Shown: positions 36,466 to 50,592 of the stretch, piece by piece
Layout of the letters: every line of letters starts with the position of its first letter
Numbering within the stretch: the first letter of the stretch is position 1
Assembly: GCF_018350175.1 (NCBI RefSeq)
Contig: NC_058368.1
Location: 88,290,001 to 88,354,000, forward strand
DNA from: Felis catus
Lineage: Eukaryota
Length of the DNA: 64,000 nucleotides
Direction: 5' to 3'
Made by a program: the position numbers and the translations under genes
Notes under the pieces: generated by a model
The model's database searches: none
The model's input: only the letters and a program-made list of their open reading frames with translations
Told to the model about the DNA's origin: nothing

Positions 36466-38914
36466 GATTTCCTCCAGGCAGCAGGAGGTCCAGCTGACAT
36501 GCAGGAGACCCAGAGCCCGGGTCAGCCAGAAGCCTTGTCTGCACAGACTTGCATGTCCTGGCATCCAGCTGAGCCAGATCCACTCTGAGCATCCTGGCCC
36601 CTACATCAGGTCTGGTGCTGAGGCCCCATGACAGCAGGAGCTGGACAAGAGTCCCCGGGTGGAGGGCTTGTGTGGCACCCCGTTTCCGGGCCAGGACCAG
36701 GAGCCAGAAGCAGCTGGGGACACACAAGCCCTTTGAACTGGGTAATCAGGAGGCAGATTCCTGTGGTGCCAAGTGTCTGCTGGTGGGGGCTGGCCAGGCT
36801 CCCTGCTGGCAAAGTCACCTCCATCACACCTCAGGGGTGGGACCTGGGTGCCGCAGAACACACTCCACAGCACGGTGTGATTGCAAAGGGACCTCTGCTT
36901 GGGGGGGCTGGCAGAGGGACCGAGAAGCTGTCCCACATGCCTGTAATCCTGCCCACTGTGCTCCACCTCACCCAAGGCACCTTCCAGCTGCTTGGGGAGC
37001 AGTCCACCACCACTGTCCCCTGGGGGCCACACAGCCACGCTATCCTGCCACCTAGGCTGGGGGCTCTGCTGGGCAGGGTCTTGCTTTCCTCCCTGGAGCC
37101 CTGAAGGCAGTGGACTCCTCAAGTAAGGAGGGCAGCAGCATCCAAGGAATGTCCTCCTAATCCAGCCCCCACCCCAGCCAGGGTGCCCACGGTCAGCCCT
37201 GACCCCAACCCCAGCCATGGTGCCCGACTGTGGGGGGGCCTGCCACTGGCCAGGCCCCCTCCCCTCTGCCATTCCAGCAATACTGCCTGGTAGGTAAGAC
37301 TGTCCCTGCTCCTCCTCAGGCCTGGTCCCACCTCTTGCCCAGTGCTCTGCAGTTATGTGCAGACACCAGTGGAAATGGCTGAGGCCCGCTGAGCATGCAC
37401 AGGTGTGCTCAGCATCCTCTTCACGGATGCTGATGACCTCAGTAACCTCAATACAATCATCAACATCCTCGTTTAAAGATAATGCCCCTTTCTGCAGAAA
37501 CAACTCCTATTCCTGTGGCTTAACTGTCCCTGCCCACCTGCTCCTCACTCCCACATCCCCTCCTGTGCCCCCTGGACTGTCCCCGCCCACCTGCTTCTCA
37601 CCCCCACATCCCCTCCCGACCACACCCCAGTCTGTGTCCCTGCCCTGGAGACCCAGTCCACCCACATCTTGGGCCTTGCTCTGGTGCCCCCTACCCGAGT
37701 TTTGCCAGGGCCAGGCCACATCAGCAGAGCAGGAATAGGGGTCCTGGCCCTGACAGGATCCTAGGGTGTCAGCAGTAGGCCGTGGGGTTCTGAGTGCAGG
37801 GTCAGCCCAGGTATGGTCATCACTGTGCCTCATGCCTGAGCTGGGTCTGACCCGTGCCCATCCCCTGCCTCCTGTTCAAAGCCCTCTCCCAGGCCCACGC
37901 CATCCCTCCAGCCCCGGGCAGCCTCCCTGTGATTTTTACCCCCTGAGCCACCAGTTCCCAGCCCTCTCCAGGAAGGCTCAGCCACAGTCAAAGCCCCAAC
38001 CCCACCTTCAACTGCAGCTCCATGCTGACCTGGCACCAAGGTCCCCACCCCAGACCTAGGCCCTGCAGGCAGACGGATGAGACCTCCTTGTGGTTCACCC
38101 ATGAGTCGAGGGTGGTCTGTCATGCAGCAAACGCTGACCCATACACAGCTAGCTGGCAGTAGCAGGAGCTGGGGGGCTGGGGCGGACCACGGTGTGCCCT
38201 GGTACTCTGCCCACACCACAACTGCTGTTTCTCCCAGAGCAGCCCTCTGCTGATGGCCTGAGAATCACCCCCCAGCCACAGAGCCTGTGTCCCTGTGAGC
38301 CCAGCGTGGGGAGCAGAGCGTGTGCCCGGGGAGGCAGAGGGGCCCCATAGGGGCCGGCCCAGCCTGCTGGAGGGTCTGCCTGGTCTGAGCACAGGGAACA
38401 GCTGGCTGGACGCTGAGGGTGCCCAGCTGCAGTCTGGAGGGGTCCTGGACATGGGCCTTCTCTGGGCCTCAGTTTCCCCAGCTGTAAAAGGCGGGGTTCA
38501 TCAGATCTTCCCTGGGAGCACGGAGTACGTGGCCTGTTCTTCCAGACACGGCCTCCCCCTCCCACAGCTGGTTCCCATTAGAGCAGGGCTGGCTCCCCCA
38601 ACTTAGGGAGCTCCTCAGGCAAATGAGGAAATCTGATCTGACCATGGCTCATCCCACATTCCGGCCCTGGGAGCCCCAGAGCAACTCCTCCTGCCTCCTC
38701 AGCCCCTATGGGACCTCACCCTCAAGCGGCTCCAGAAGGCAGACAGGGGCTCCTGGGAAGAGGACCTGGGAGGAGGCTCGTTCTGTTGGGGGAACAATTT
38801 GCAGAGCCCCCCTTGTGTGGCCTAGCTCTCAGGCTGCTGGGGCCCTGACAGGGGCCAGCAGCTGCACGCCTTTGCAGGGCCAAACACCAGCCCTGGTGTG
38901 CGGAGGGGGAGAGT

Positions 38915-39150
38915 TCCAAGAATGGCACCAGGTCCCCACCAACCCATCCCTGATCCCTGCATGATGGGGGCGGGGGGGGTGGTTCTGGGGATGGGACAAG
39001 GTCCCCACCAGCCTGTCCCTGATCCATGCATGACAAGAGGGTGGTTCTGGGGATGGGACAAGGTCGCCACCATCCTGTCCTGGATCCCGGCATGGCAAGC
39101 AGGAGGGGATTTCTGAGGATGCCACAAGGTCCCCAATCCTCACCCATCAA
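38915..39150. repeat. About 62-bp degenerate tandem repeat
   Basis: ggttctggggatgggacaaggtc(c/g)ccacca..ctgtcc..gatcc repeated 3-4 times. Confidence 0.75.
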
Positions 39151-39397
39151 GGACCCGCCCAGTGAGAAGGAAGGGCAGAAGCTGCCCCAGGACCCCCAGC
39201 AGCCCACCCTGCTTGTGAGCATGGGGCCAGCTGTGAGTGCTGGGACTCCACATGTCCACCTGCCCCAGCCTGTCTCCTCCCCCAACCTGGCCGCCTGGCC
39301 TGTGTCTGTCCAGTCTCTTGACCAGGAGGGTTACTTGGCATCACACAGACAAAGGTTATAGGGATAGAGGACTGAGCAGGCAGGCGGTCCTGGGGGG

Positions 39398-40060
39398 CAT
39401 GTGTGCGCATGTGCATGTTTGTGGGCTGTGTGTGTGCGTGAACTGCGTGTGTGTGCGTGTGTGCATGTGTGTGAGCTGTGTGTGTGAGCTGCATGTGTGT
39501 GTGCATGTGTGTGTGAACTGCATTGCGCACGTGTGAGCTGCATGTACGCATGTGTGTGAGCTGCATGTGTGCATCTGTGTGCTGCATGTGTGCATGTGTG
39601 TGTGAGCTGCATGTGTGTGCATATGTGTGTGAACTGCATTGCGCATGTGTGAGCTGCATGTACACATGTGTGTGAGCTGCATGTGTGCATCTGTGTGCTG
39701 CATGTGTGCATGTGTGTGAGCTGCATGTGTGTGCACATGTGTGTGCTGTGTGTGCACATGTGTGTGAGCTGCAGGTATGCATGTGTGTGAGCTGCATGTG
39801 TGTACATGTGTGTGAGCTGCATGTGTGTGTGAGATGCATGTGTGTGTGCGTGTGTGTGAGCTGCCTGTGCACATGTGTGTGAGCTGTCTGTGCACATGTG
39901 TGTGTGAGCTGCACATGTGTGCATGTGTGTGAGCTGCACGTGCGTGTATGTGTGTGAGCTGCATGTGTGCATGTGTGTGTGAGCTGCATGTGTGTGAGCT
40001 GCCTGTGCGCATGTGTGTGTGAGCTGCATGTGTGCATGTGTGAGTGAGCTGCATGTGGGT
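39398..40060. repeat. (TG)n-based minisatellite with a gagctgca core
   Basis: tgtgtgagctgcatgtg repeated more than 20 times. Confidence 0.95.
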
Positions 40061-42149
40061 GCTCTGCGTGGGTGAAGCAGCCATGTGTCTTCACTCTCTA
40101 GGACAGGAAATGAAGCCCGTGCACCCAGCCGGATGTGCTGCCTGCCCCAGTGGACCCAGCCTGGCTCCTGACTCTGGATCCTCTTGGTGGGGTCTGCTGG
40201 GCAAAGGGCTGGGGAGGGGATTTACACTCAGGGGCTTCTGGCCCTGGTGGGGGCCTGTTGGGGTGGCAATGCCTGGCTGGTGAGGAAGCTGGTGGCCAGA
40301 ACAGGTGCTGGAGACCCTCCTTATCTGGGTCCTTTGGCTCTCCCAAGACACCAGAGGCAGGCACTGGTGGGCCTGGGACCAGTGCCAGCCAGGCGGGGCT
40401 GGAAGAGCCACCCAGCACCAGCCAAGACCAACAGGGATCCCGGAGGCTGCTTGGGCTTTGGCACACCCCCCCCCCCCCCCGCCACCCCGGTCTGGCCTCT
40501 GGGAGCAGCCAGGACCTGTTGAGCGGGACTGTCCTGCCCAGGTCTAGCCCAGCCCTGGAGTTCTGTGATTCCAGAATACCTGGAACCTGGCAGGCTTACC
40601 TCTCGACCCCCACCATCCTGGGATTCTGCCCAAACACTCATCTCTCCCCAGGTGCCCACCCCTCTGTCCATTCCCTCTGTACTCTGGGCTTGTCCCCACC
40701 ACTGCCAGGACCACAGCCCTCCACCCAGCAGCAGAGTCTGCAGGCCCTGGGAAGCCTCACTGCCTGTAGGACACCTAGCTCCAGGGCGTTGCTGGAGCCG
40801 TCGCCCTTTGTCAATCACCCAGAGTGTGGTCCACGCTGGACATGCAGGCAGGTTCTGGGGAACACACATACACACACATACATGTGCAAATATGCAATCT
40901 CACACCAACAGTTGTGCACATGCAGACATATGCACACAAGATGCTCACACACACAGCTGCACACACAGGGCCATCACTTTCTCTCTCTGGACTTTGAGCC
41001 ACAGCTGCCTCCACACCCATCCCCCTCTTGGTCTGCTGATGGTCGGCCCTGAGTCCAGTCACACAGGCTTCCTCTGTGCAATGTCTAGCCCTCAGGTGAA
41101 TTCCTGTCCCCATAGAGAGAGCAAGACTGTCCCACACGCATCACCTCACCCAACAAATGCCAGCCAAGCTTAATTGGCACCTACGCACTCTCGCTCCAGT
41201 CTTCGGGGGCTCTGGGGGCCTGGGCCTGGGGTCAAGAAGCAGGAAAGGTAGGGCTCATCCCTGTGAGGGCAACCAGCCCAGGTCACACCACAGAAGCATT
41301 TGAGACGGGATCTGAGCCCAGGGGAGTGGGTGTCAAAGCTGGGCCTTCACACTTGCGTGCACACAAGTTCACCATCAAGTGCTGCATCTCTGGAGTTAGG
41401 ACTGCCTCATGGCCCCAGATACTCCTGATTGGGTGGCCCACGGATGAGGGTGTGGAGCAGGAGCCCAGGTCCAGCCTCTCAGGAAAGGACTGGCTGCAAG
41501 GAGCTGGGTGGAGGTCAGGAGGAGGAGGGTCCAGCACTCTGTGTTAGTGGGGACACCACCCAGGATGCACACATCCTGCACATGGGGGACTGAGGCCTGA
41601 GCAGGGATGGTAAATGAGAAGCAGGGACCCTTGGCGGGGAATAGGAGTGGAGGTGAGGCCAAACCACCAGGGGTGGTTGAAATGCATGGGCAGGACCAGC
41701 TGTGTGGAGCTGGAGCCCAGGGACACACCCAAGCAGGTGGACCTTTGGGAGGAGGGTACAGTCTCACCAACAAACAATGCAGGGATGACTGCATAGACCC
41801 CTTCCTCAATTTAACTCCCTAAACACACCAGAACGAATCAGACACAAAACCATGAAGCTCTTAGAGTAAAACGCAGGGGCAAATCTTTATGACCTGGAAT
41901 TTGTCATGGATTCTTGGATATGACACCAAAATCACAAGCCATACAAGAAAAATACCCCAGTTGGACTTCATGCTGACCCCAAAGTCAGTCTAGGAGCTGG
42001 AGAAGAGACAGACAGGGCCAAGGCAGACGGCCATTGGAGTCACCCTGGGCTGTTGGCTTCCCCTGATGCATGCCAGGCTGCTGCCTGATGGTGGGGCCCA
42101 GGACTTGGCAGGACCTGTGTGCAGGTCAGTGTCCTAGGCCACCCCTGGC

Positions 42150-42465
42150 CTGCCCAGCCCCATCCCCCACCCCAGGTGTGCCCCATCCATCAGCCTGGGT
42201 GTGCCCCACCCCCACCCCAGAGGTGCTCCATCCATCAGCCTAGGTGTGCCCCACCCCCACCCCAGGTGTGCCCCACCCCCACCCCAGGTGTGCCCTATCC
42301 CCACCCTAGGTATGCCCTACCCCCCACCCCAGGTGTGCCCCATCCATCAGCCTGGGTGTGCCCACCCCCACCCCAGAGGTGCCCCATCCATCAGCCTAGG
42401 TGTGCCCCACCCCCCACCCCAGGGGTGCCCCATCCCCCACCCAGGTGTGCCCCACCCCCACTCCA
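42150..42465. repeat. C-rich minisatellite (ccccaccccaggtgtgc)
   Basis: Repeated ccccacccccaccccaggtgtg and catccatcagcct units. Confidence 0.9.
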
Positions 42466-43667
42466 GGCCCATGTAAGCTCAATGATGCCATCTCAGTGCC
42501 TCTGGCCACCCCTCAAGCCTCAGCACATGAGGCCCCCTCCAGTTCCAGGCCCGTACACAATGCGGTATTCTTTTATCTTCCTTGACCCCTCCCCCACACC
42601 CCTGTCCCTCACTGTGCCCTCCAGACCCATAGGAGAGTCCTAGGCACAGAGCTGTGACAGGAAGCCACTCCCTGTCTGTGGGTCACATGGAGCAAGGAGA
42701 ACTCTGTTTTCGGAATGGGAGGGTTGGGTCTCAGTAGCCACGTGCTCTTCTCCAGAAGAGAAGGACTCACATGTGCACAGGTTTCAGGGTCAGCAGCCTA
42801 AAATGTGGAGCCCTGGGGTGGCTGGGGTTCTGGTCGCAGACTGCTCTGGGGCCCAGGAATCTGTGTCTGTACCTCACAGCCCAGGTGAGGCAGGAGCCCT
42901 CAGAGTTGGGGGTGTTACTTTGGTCTGGGGGGACCCCCTCCCTCTGCACCCCCACACCCCCTGCTGACCTGCTGGCGCAGATGAGGCTCTTGAATGGAGG
43001 GTGCCCAGAGGACCATCCCTTATCCGGAGACACACGGGAGCCCTCCTGGACCAGGCAGACCCTCTGTGGGGAGCCCTCAGAGCACAGGTGTTTGCTGGGA
43101 AAATCTTTTGCGAAAGGAGTTGTCTCTGCTTTTAAATCAGTACTTTCCACTTACTTTCTGTATTCAGAGGCCATTATATACCTTTGAGGGTCTCAAGCAT
43201 CCTGGCACGTCCTGGGAAAAGTTGTAGGTCCCCTCACTGTGGGGCAGGGTCTGACCTGTCAAGTCCTGCTGGGAGATGATGTACCTCTGACATCCAAGGA
43301 GCTTTGCAAGTGGGCTGGGAAACACATTCAGATGCAGACACAGGCTTGTACACGTGGATCCGAAAGCACTGCATATGTGGGTCCATGCACACAGAGAGAT
43401 GCATGTAGATGCATGTACAGAGAGGTACATATGCCCATGCACACATAGGTAGACAGGCATGCACATGTAAGTCTACACACACACATCCATGCACACACGG
43501 AGACACACACCTGTACACACAGATATCCACATGCTTCTGGGGGGTCTCTTTCCTCCTTCCTGAGCTGGACTGGGCTGGGCTGGGAGAAGAGCACTAGGAA
43601 CCTGTCCTCAGGAAGCCCACACTCTGGATGCTAAAACGGGATTACCCCCGAGAAGGGCTTAGGGAGA

Positions 43668-44106
43668 CCACCTCCCCAGATGCTCGACCTCCTGAGGCTG
43701 CTCCACCTGCCTCCCTAGGTGCTCCACCTGCCTCCCTAGGTGCTCCACCTCCCTCCCAAAGTGCTCCACCTCCCTCCTCAAGTCCTCCACCTGCCAACCT
43801 AGGTGCTCCACCTCCCGTCCCAGGTGCTCCACCTCCCTCCCCTGATGCTCCATCTCCCTCCCCAGGTGCTGTACCTGCCTCCCCAGGTGATCCACCTCCT
43901 GAGGCTGCTCCACCTCCCTCCCCGGATGCCTAGCCTCCCTCCCCGGGTGCCCCACCTCCCTCCCCGGGTGCCCCACCTCCCTCCCTGGGTGCTCCACCTC
44001 CCTCTCCAGGTGCCCCACCTCCCTCCCTGGGTGCTCTACCTCCCTCCCCAGGTGCTTTACCTCCCTCCTCAGGTGCTCCACCTCCCCAGGTACCCCACCT
44101 CCCCAG
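43668..44106. repeat. 21-bp minisatellite
   Basis: ggtgctccacctccctcccca, about 20 units; gives 7-aa periodic translations (REVEHLG). Confidence 0.93.
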
Positions 44107-47100
44107 GCAGCCAGCGTGGACCTACGTGAACCTGAGGCAGACTGTCCAGCTTCACTCATTAAATACTTTTGCATAAAGTCCTCTGTGCAATGGAGCATAT
44201 GGGTTTGCATTCCATTTGTTGGGTGGGGAAGACAGGATGTAGACAAACAGATGATGTGAGTTCCATAAAGACTCTGGGAGGATCCGGATCGCATGATGAC
44301 AGGAACCTGCCCCAGGAGCATCCTGGTCACCGGGTGGGGTTCTCACCCCAGTCAGTGCCTCTCTTCCTCTTCAGCTTCTCCTGGCTGCCGGTGGCATCTG
44401 TGGGTCAGGCACTTGTACTTGCCCTGGTCTGAGGCCCCAGCTGTGGTTGCCCTCCTGCAGTGTGAGTGCAGGGGCCGGCCTGACCAGAACAACACACCCA
44501 CTCACAAGAGCTTCCCCTCACTGAACAGATGGCCAAGCTGGAAAGCACCCGGAGAGGCCAGGAAATGCCTGCGATCACATGTCCACACAGCTGTGACCGT
44601 GTCTGGGCTGCCAACCCTTCTTCCATCCCAGCAAAGGGACGAGATGGAGACACAAGGGGGCGTCCAAACATGAGCCCCCCACCCCTTCTCAACATACGCT
44701 CTTTGATCTCCCAGCCATATTTGGCCCCCCAAACAACAGCCCCCACTGGCCCAGCAATGGCCCTTGTAAATGCCAAAGTCACAGCATCTACCTGGGGCAT
44801 GAGAGACACCAGGCACAGGCTGTGTGAGCCATAGAGGCCTCAGGAGGGAAGCCCGTTCTGTCACCCAGAGCACCGCTGTGGGACAGGGCTTGCCCTGTGC
44901 CACTCATAAATGTGGCTCAGAGGGGGGTCCTACTGGTGGCTTCTGTCCTTCACATGGTGATGCTGTGAAAAGATGCCAGATGGGAGCCTGGCACCTGCCC
45001 ACCTCGGAAATGAGGGGTGACCACACATCCTTCGGTCCAGGCACATAGTGAGCAACTTAGGAGCACTGCTGTTGTTTATATTATTGTCATTGGTTTTCTC
45101 TCAGCCTTTCTTCCTGCTGTCTGATGTTGCTTTCCTTTTCTCCGATTTTCTGTCTTGTAGTTAATTTTCAGAGATATCTCACGCATTCTTTACAGGCTGT
45201 TTTAAAAACTTGGGACAAGGTGCACTGAGTGCTGTGTGTTCATGCCTGTCTGCATGTTTCTGTGCGTATGCGTGCTTCTGCACCATCTGCAGGCCGCGTC
45301 ATGTCTGTGTGTTTCCAGGTGTCCGCACCTTTCCGTGGAATCCACAGGCCTCTGTGTGCACGCGCACACACACGAATAAATAACTTCATAAGTACATCTG
45401 GGTCGGTGGGAGATGGAGAAGTCCCAGGCAACTCTCTCACATTGTTTTTAATGGGTTGGCCCGTGTCCCAGGAGCCCATGTGACGGAAGGCCATCCTTGC
45501 ATGGAGTGGCCACCAGAGGACATTGGGACACGACACTTTCTCCAGCCCAGCTCCATGGCAGGGGTCTGTGTGGCAAAATGCCGAATACACAGACACATCG
45601 CATGTTACAAATGCACCTAACATCATAGTAAGACAGAACAGTGGCCTGCGACCCATGGCAGGCATTGGTAGCCCAGGGCATACATGGCTTCTGGCATGTG
45701 GATATCTAGATTCACACTTGCCTTGTCTGCAAGCCACAGTTTTGCCTGAAAACAACCTCCCTTTCCTGATGTAGGTGAAAAAGCAACTAGAGAAGAAAAC
45801 TACTTTCCAACATGAATTCCCCCTTCCTCCTTCTCACAAGGAATGTCGACTGTCATAGTCTTGGGAATGTCACCCCACCCTCAGGGCCCCTGGGCAGAAT
45901 GTGTCTGCACAGGAACTGCTAAAGTGGCTCTTCAGTTATCCCTTGAAGAAATCACTGCAATTGAATTGTCCACACATCAATACAATAAAAATGAACAACC
46001 CCAGAGAGATCTGGGTTTCAAGTCAGTCTGTGTAATGAGACACTTACTATTGTGTTTAAACTGTAACCTTTACCCAGATGTGGAGAAAGAGGTTGATTCA
46101 CCAGCAAGTCCCCGCTACAATGTTCCTCATTGGTCACAGCGAATTAAGTATTTTGGCTCTTAAACTCCCCTTGCGATATCAAGACACATTTTAATTAAAC
46201 TCATCCAGAAGCTCCAGAGGACAGGAAGCTTGTGTTGCAAAGCTCTGCACAGCTGCTCCCATTGTTAATTACAGATGCTACAAGCCAGCTGGGAGAATCC
46301 AGCACAGGCAGGCACCCCGGAGCCATCTCTAATCTACCCAGACACTGCGCTCCAACACGTGTGGGTCACAGAAGTACCAGGCCGGTGCCAGGACAGCAGC
46401 CCGCAGTGCCACCTGCCCTGTCCCCACCTCAAAGAGGGACCCAAACAGCCCCATGTGTAAAAGTCTGTTTCTCCCACCAACTCTTCAGCTTACTCACGTC
46501 CGTCCAGAGATGGGACAGGTGCACATTTCCATGCCTGTTTGGAGTCACGCCTCAGCCTCCCAAGGTTCTTTTGCCCCAGTTCCTGGCCTGCTCTGCCTCC
46601 AAAACACCATTTAGGTTCCCTGACCTTTATTCCAGTTTTCAGTGTTTGGTACACATGCTTTTATTTTAAGACAGATACACTGTTAATTAGCTGGTTGGCA
46701 CATTCATTTATTACCTGGGATCCTCATTATTTGCAGATTCTGTATTTGTTAATTTTTCTGCTTCTTTATTCAGATTTCCTTCAATGTCTGGCAACTTGCT
46801 TGGCCCCTTTCAGTGAAGACCTGGAAACAGGAGTGGAGTCGGGGAGAAGTGCCCACCCCCTGGGCAGATGGCTCTGTGCACAGGGCCTGCCTCTCCGTGT
46901 CACTCTGTGTTTTGGCTCTCAGCCTGCAGTCCTGGGTGGCCTCATCAGGTGACTCTCCTTCTGGCCTCAGCTTCCCTCCCTTCTGTCAGGGGATGGGGAT
47001 TGAACCAGGGGTCTCTCCTCTTTCTAAAACTTCTGTAGCCCTTCTCTCCTTCAGCTCTGTGTAGACATCAGCCCCCCTGTCCTCAGAGGGAAGCTGGTCC

Positions 47101-48064
47101 TGAGCCTGCCTGTGGCTGTGACAGAGCACCGTGTTTCCTGCTTTGGGGAAGAACCAGCAGCACTCGGGGAGGATGGCGCTGAGACCAGAGGCCATGCGGG
47201 TCCTGCACCCCCCCAGAGCAGGGCTGAGGAGAGGGCCCCATCTGGAGGACTGCTGTGGCTGCCACATTCTCCATCTTCCTCCCATCCTCAGCAGGATGTC
47301 CAGGCCTGGCCACCGGAGTGACATGCTGCCCTGGTGGGTTCACAGAGAAATCCTGGGAGGCAATGCTGGCCATGATGGACTCCCACCGGCCACAGAGAGT
47401 GAGGGGCTGCAGCTCCTGTCCTTCTAGAAGAGATTCTCTGGGGGGTTCCTTGGGGCCGTGGGTACCTAGACAAGTCAGAGGGACGTGTCACATGTCTGGC
47501 CTGGTGTTCCCAGCCCCCTCCACCTTTCCAGAGCTTACCTGGGTGATGGTCACGTGCAGGCCCTGGGCTGAACCTGGGAGTGGCCTAGTGAGTACAAAGT
47601 CCCTGTACTGTGGAGGGAGAACACAGGAAGCTAGTGCGGGTCTTGCTACCAAGGACACGTGCACCCTTGTTTGACAATCCGGGTGAAGGATCCAGCCACT
47701 GGGAAGGCACTTTGGCTGATGCATTGGGACCCTGCTTCCACTAGATGTCCTTGGGTCCAAGAGTTGGGCATTGGGTGGGGCACAGATTGCTGGCCTGCCA
47801 CCGGCACTGGCCACCTGGCCTGTGGCTCACACTGGTGAGTGGTCTGGAGGGTGCAATGCCACCCACAGATTCAGGCATAAGGCTGCTCAGAGGACAGCCA
47901 GGGTGCCACCAGGGGCCAGACCAGCTGCTCGCCCACAGGAGGAACCAGAGCCAATGAGAATCTACACCACATGCCAGGCCTGGCTCCAGGGAAGCATGGG
48001 GGGTGACAAAACTGAAGTCCTGCCAACTTCTATCTCCCGAACTGACACCAGTGTACTCCATGGG

Positions 48065-48608
48065 TAGGGCACACCACCCAGACACGCCCACACACGTATA
48101 TACTCTGATGCACACCCCCGAGCCTGCTGGGGCACACCACCCAGACACGCCCACACACGTATATACTCTGATGCACACCTCCAAGCCTTCACACACCCAT
48201 GCACACACTCACATACACCCCCACACCCTAAACCTTCACATACCTGTGTACACACTCATCCACATATATACCCCACACCCTCAACCCCTCCCACACCCGT
48301 GCATACCCACACACATGCCCCACACCCCAAACCTTCACACACATGCCACAAACTCACACTCACATACCCCCACACGCCCAAAGTCACACATATCCAAACC
48401 TACAGACACCCAAATCTACACATGGAGTCATAAATCCATGCACATGTATACACACACACCCAAGCTCTCATATACAACTGTGCACACACACATACACACC
48501 CAAACCCCCACACACACATGAAAACACACACCCTCACAGACCCAAACCCATGCATACACACCCATACTCTTATTCATGTGCCCAAATTCATGCACACACA
48601 CACATATA

Positions 48609-48648
<40 letters not shown>

Positions 48649-48660
48649 CGATGTACACAC
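48065..48660. repeat. About 59-bp direct duplication followed by CA-rich low complexity
   Basis: gggcacaccacccagacacgcccacacacgtatatactctgatgcacacc occurs twice; pure (CA)n at about 48613-48646. Confidence 0.85.
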
Positions 48661-50079
48661 ACCACGTGCCCTGTGAAGTGTCTCCACCCAGGACCAGGAA
48701 CACTGCCAGCAATGCACTGAGAGAGCCTGGTGAGCTACAGGGCAGTACCCTCTCCCACAGTCCCTGAGTCAGGTTGGCCCTCCCCTTCCCACCCATGCTG
48801 CTGTCCCACTGCACCCACACAGCACCAAGCATGTGTCCCCTGACCAAACCCAGCTCTGGAGTCAGGAGGGAAAGAGGCCAGTCCTGGGCAGGGCTCCTGG
48901 TGTGTCTCCTGTGCAAACACTGGTGACCACGGCCCAAGGAGCAGAGGTTAGGGACAGAGGAGGCCATAGGTCTGGTTAGAAGGTGGGACCCTCTGTGAGG
49001 AGCCGGATGCCTGCAGCGGTGAGCTGGTGCCCACCTGGGCACAGCCTGTGTGCAGATGTGCTTGTGTGGAGGGCTCCACAGTGTTGGCGCACCTCTGTCA
49101 CCTCCGTTTCTGTGTCCAGATCACCCCTTGGGACTTGACCCTGTCTTCCTGCTGAGGCTTGCAGCCTGGAGGGTGTAGGGAAGATCTCCCTCCTGAAGAC
49201 AGTTCAGCACCCACCCATTTCCCACTTTCCACACGTGCAGTGTTCCAGCTGCCAGGAGACTCCCCCACTCCATCCCCTGTCTGTCCTCCTGGATGCCCTC
49301 TCTACACCCAGGTCCAAATCCCTGCTGTCTGCCCACTTCTCGGGCCTCGCCACAATGCCCCTTCTGCTATTGGCTCAGTTCTGCACCTTCCCAGGACTCT
49401 GGAGGGCAGGGTCCAGGTGTGCCACTCACAGAGGTCTGTGCTCCACAAATGAACGAGCGAATCACTTCCTCCAGCACAGAACTTATCCTGACCCTTTCAG
49501 CTCCATGCAGACAGCAAGTAGGGCTGTGTCAGCATGGGCTTCATTCTGCCTCTCACTTTTATCGGACTCAGAACATAAGGAAAGAATCAAGCTTTGAAGG
49601 AGGTATCATTTCCAAAGCTAAGCAAAGATTTTTGTTTTGGAAACTTCTCCTTTGAAAATCACGGAAAGCCGGTGCTGACAGGCACGCTCTCCTCTGAATC
49701 CAGAGTGATTTGTTTAATCAGGCCGCACGCTCTCTGGGATGGCATCTGGAGATAGATGTCTGCTTTTGGTGAGAGTGTGTGACTTCGGTGGTGCCTGGCA
49801 TGCAGCAACGTCAGCCTTGCGAGCGCCAGCCGCCTTTCTAAAACAGGAGGCTGGTCGGGAGTGGGCGCCCAGGGTGGAGCCCTTCCACGGAGACTGGGGA
49901 CTGTGCTTGTCTCCTCACAGTCCTCTTCTCTACAGGAGGGGGACGCAGGCACGCCCACCCCTCCTCCCCTCCGATCCCCCTCAAGCCTTCTGACTTTCTG
50001 CCTCCTGCCCCCACCCCAGGAGACACTCCTGGGCTTGGAGGTGCACGCGAACTGGGGCTTCAAGGGTTAGGACAGTAAA

Positions 50080-50309
50080 GGTGCACCTGGGGGGCTCAGT
50101 CAGTTAAGTGTCAGACTTGGGCTCAGGTCGTGATCTCAGAGTTCGTGGGTTTGAACCCCGCGTCTGGCTCTGTGCTGACAGCTCAGAGCCTGGGAACCTG
50201 CTTCAGATTCTGTGTCTCCCTCTCTCTGCCCCTTCCCCACCCCTGCTCACTCTCTGTCTCCCTCTCTCTCAAAAACAAACAAACAAACAAACAAACATTA
50301 AAAAAAAAA
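50080..50309 (+). mobile_element. CanSINE
   Basis: SINEC structure with a (CAAA)n tail. Confidence 0.9.
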
Positions 50310-50592
50310 GATTTAGGGCAGTAAAAAGCAACTTCTCCAGAGGCACAGCCCTCAGGAGCCAGGCCTCATGCAGCCACAGCCCTAAGCAGGCTTTGGCACC
50401 AACTGTGTGCTGCCCACTTTAACCTGGGCAGTTCCCTGTAGGGTGGCAGAGGAATCCAGCTGCAGTGGGTTTTCCTGATGTACTCACACACTAATCGGGA
50501 CTTCTAGTGTCCCCTGTGGGCCTGCCTGGCCCTCACCCCGGACATTGATGTGCCATAGCCACCTGTCCTGCCTCGCTGTCTCCCGCCTGCTC

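Larger units (their letters stand above)
16430..44570 (-). pseudogene. Tentative decayed GREB1-family unit C (heavily interrupted by repeats and the MORF4L1 retrocopy)
   Basis: DLKAETTP..KHL~NLKLTTQP..KHL; TPEMQHL~SEEMQLL; LVSWESQRTQIRR~LRSWRESHLTEIRQ (about 40317-40350); VDDCIEVT~IDSCIAVT (about 37441-37464); HPGTLVQLLLSWGLSTRPDVGARMLRVD~HSGVLLELGLKKEHMTKQRVEQYVLKLD; YFQGSDAREQSL~IFSGMDPHGESL (about 23.25 kb); KQVVRVPANQCSW~QTVVRLELEDEW. By-eye alignment only. Confidence 0.35.

Noticed and set aside
43628..44129. Pro-rich and REVEHLG heptad ORFs
   Set aside because: Product of a 21-bp minisatellite; no splice or homology support.
44250..44310. VPVIMRSGSSQSLYG as a match to GREB1 PVIFKGHGNFPYLCG
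   Set aside because: Out of order relative to neighbouring anchors; treated as chance.
45625..45650. RPLFCLT as the GREB1 terminal RPLFFLT
   Set aside because: Striking, but about 30 codons too close to the preceding motif; not counted as evidence.
46715..46820. Exon-like segment (LPDIEGNLNKEAEKLTNTESANNEDP)
   Set aside because: Stops occur in all three frames after the acceptor, and the end resembles a Tigger4-type terminal sequence (gatcctcattatttgcagattctgtatttg).
47083..47430. CGRWE and PRVLLVLP as matches to GREB1 TGRHE and NHIMLVLP
   Set aside because: Spacing is wrong, and other frames of the same DNA fit a different GREB1 segment better. This illustrates the false-positive rate of by-eye matching.
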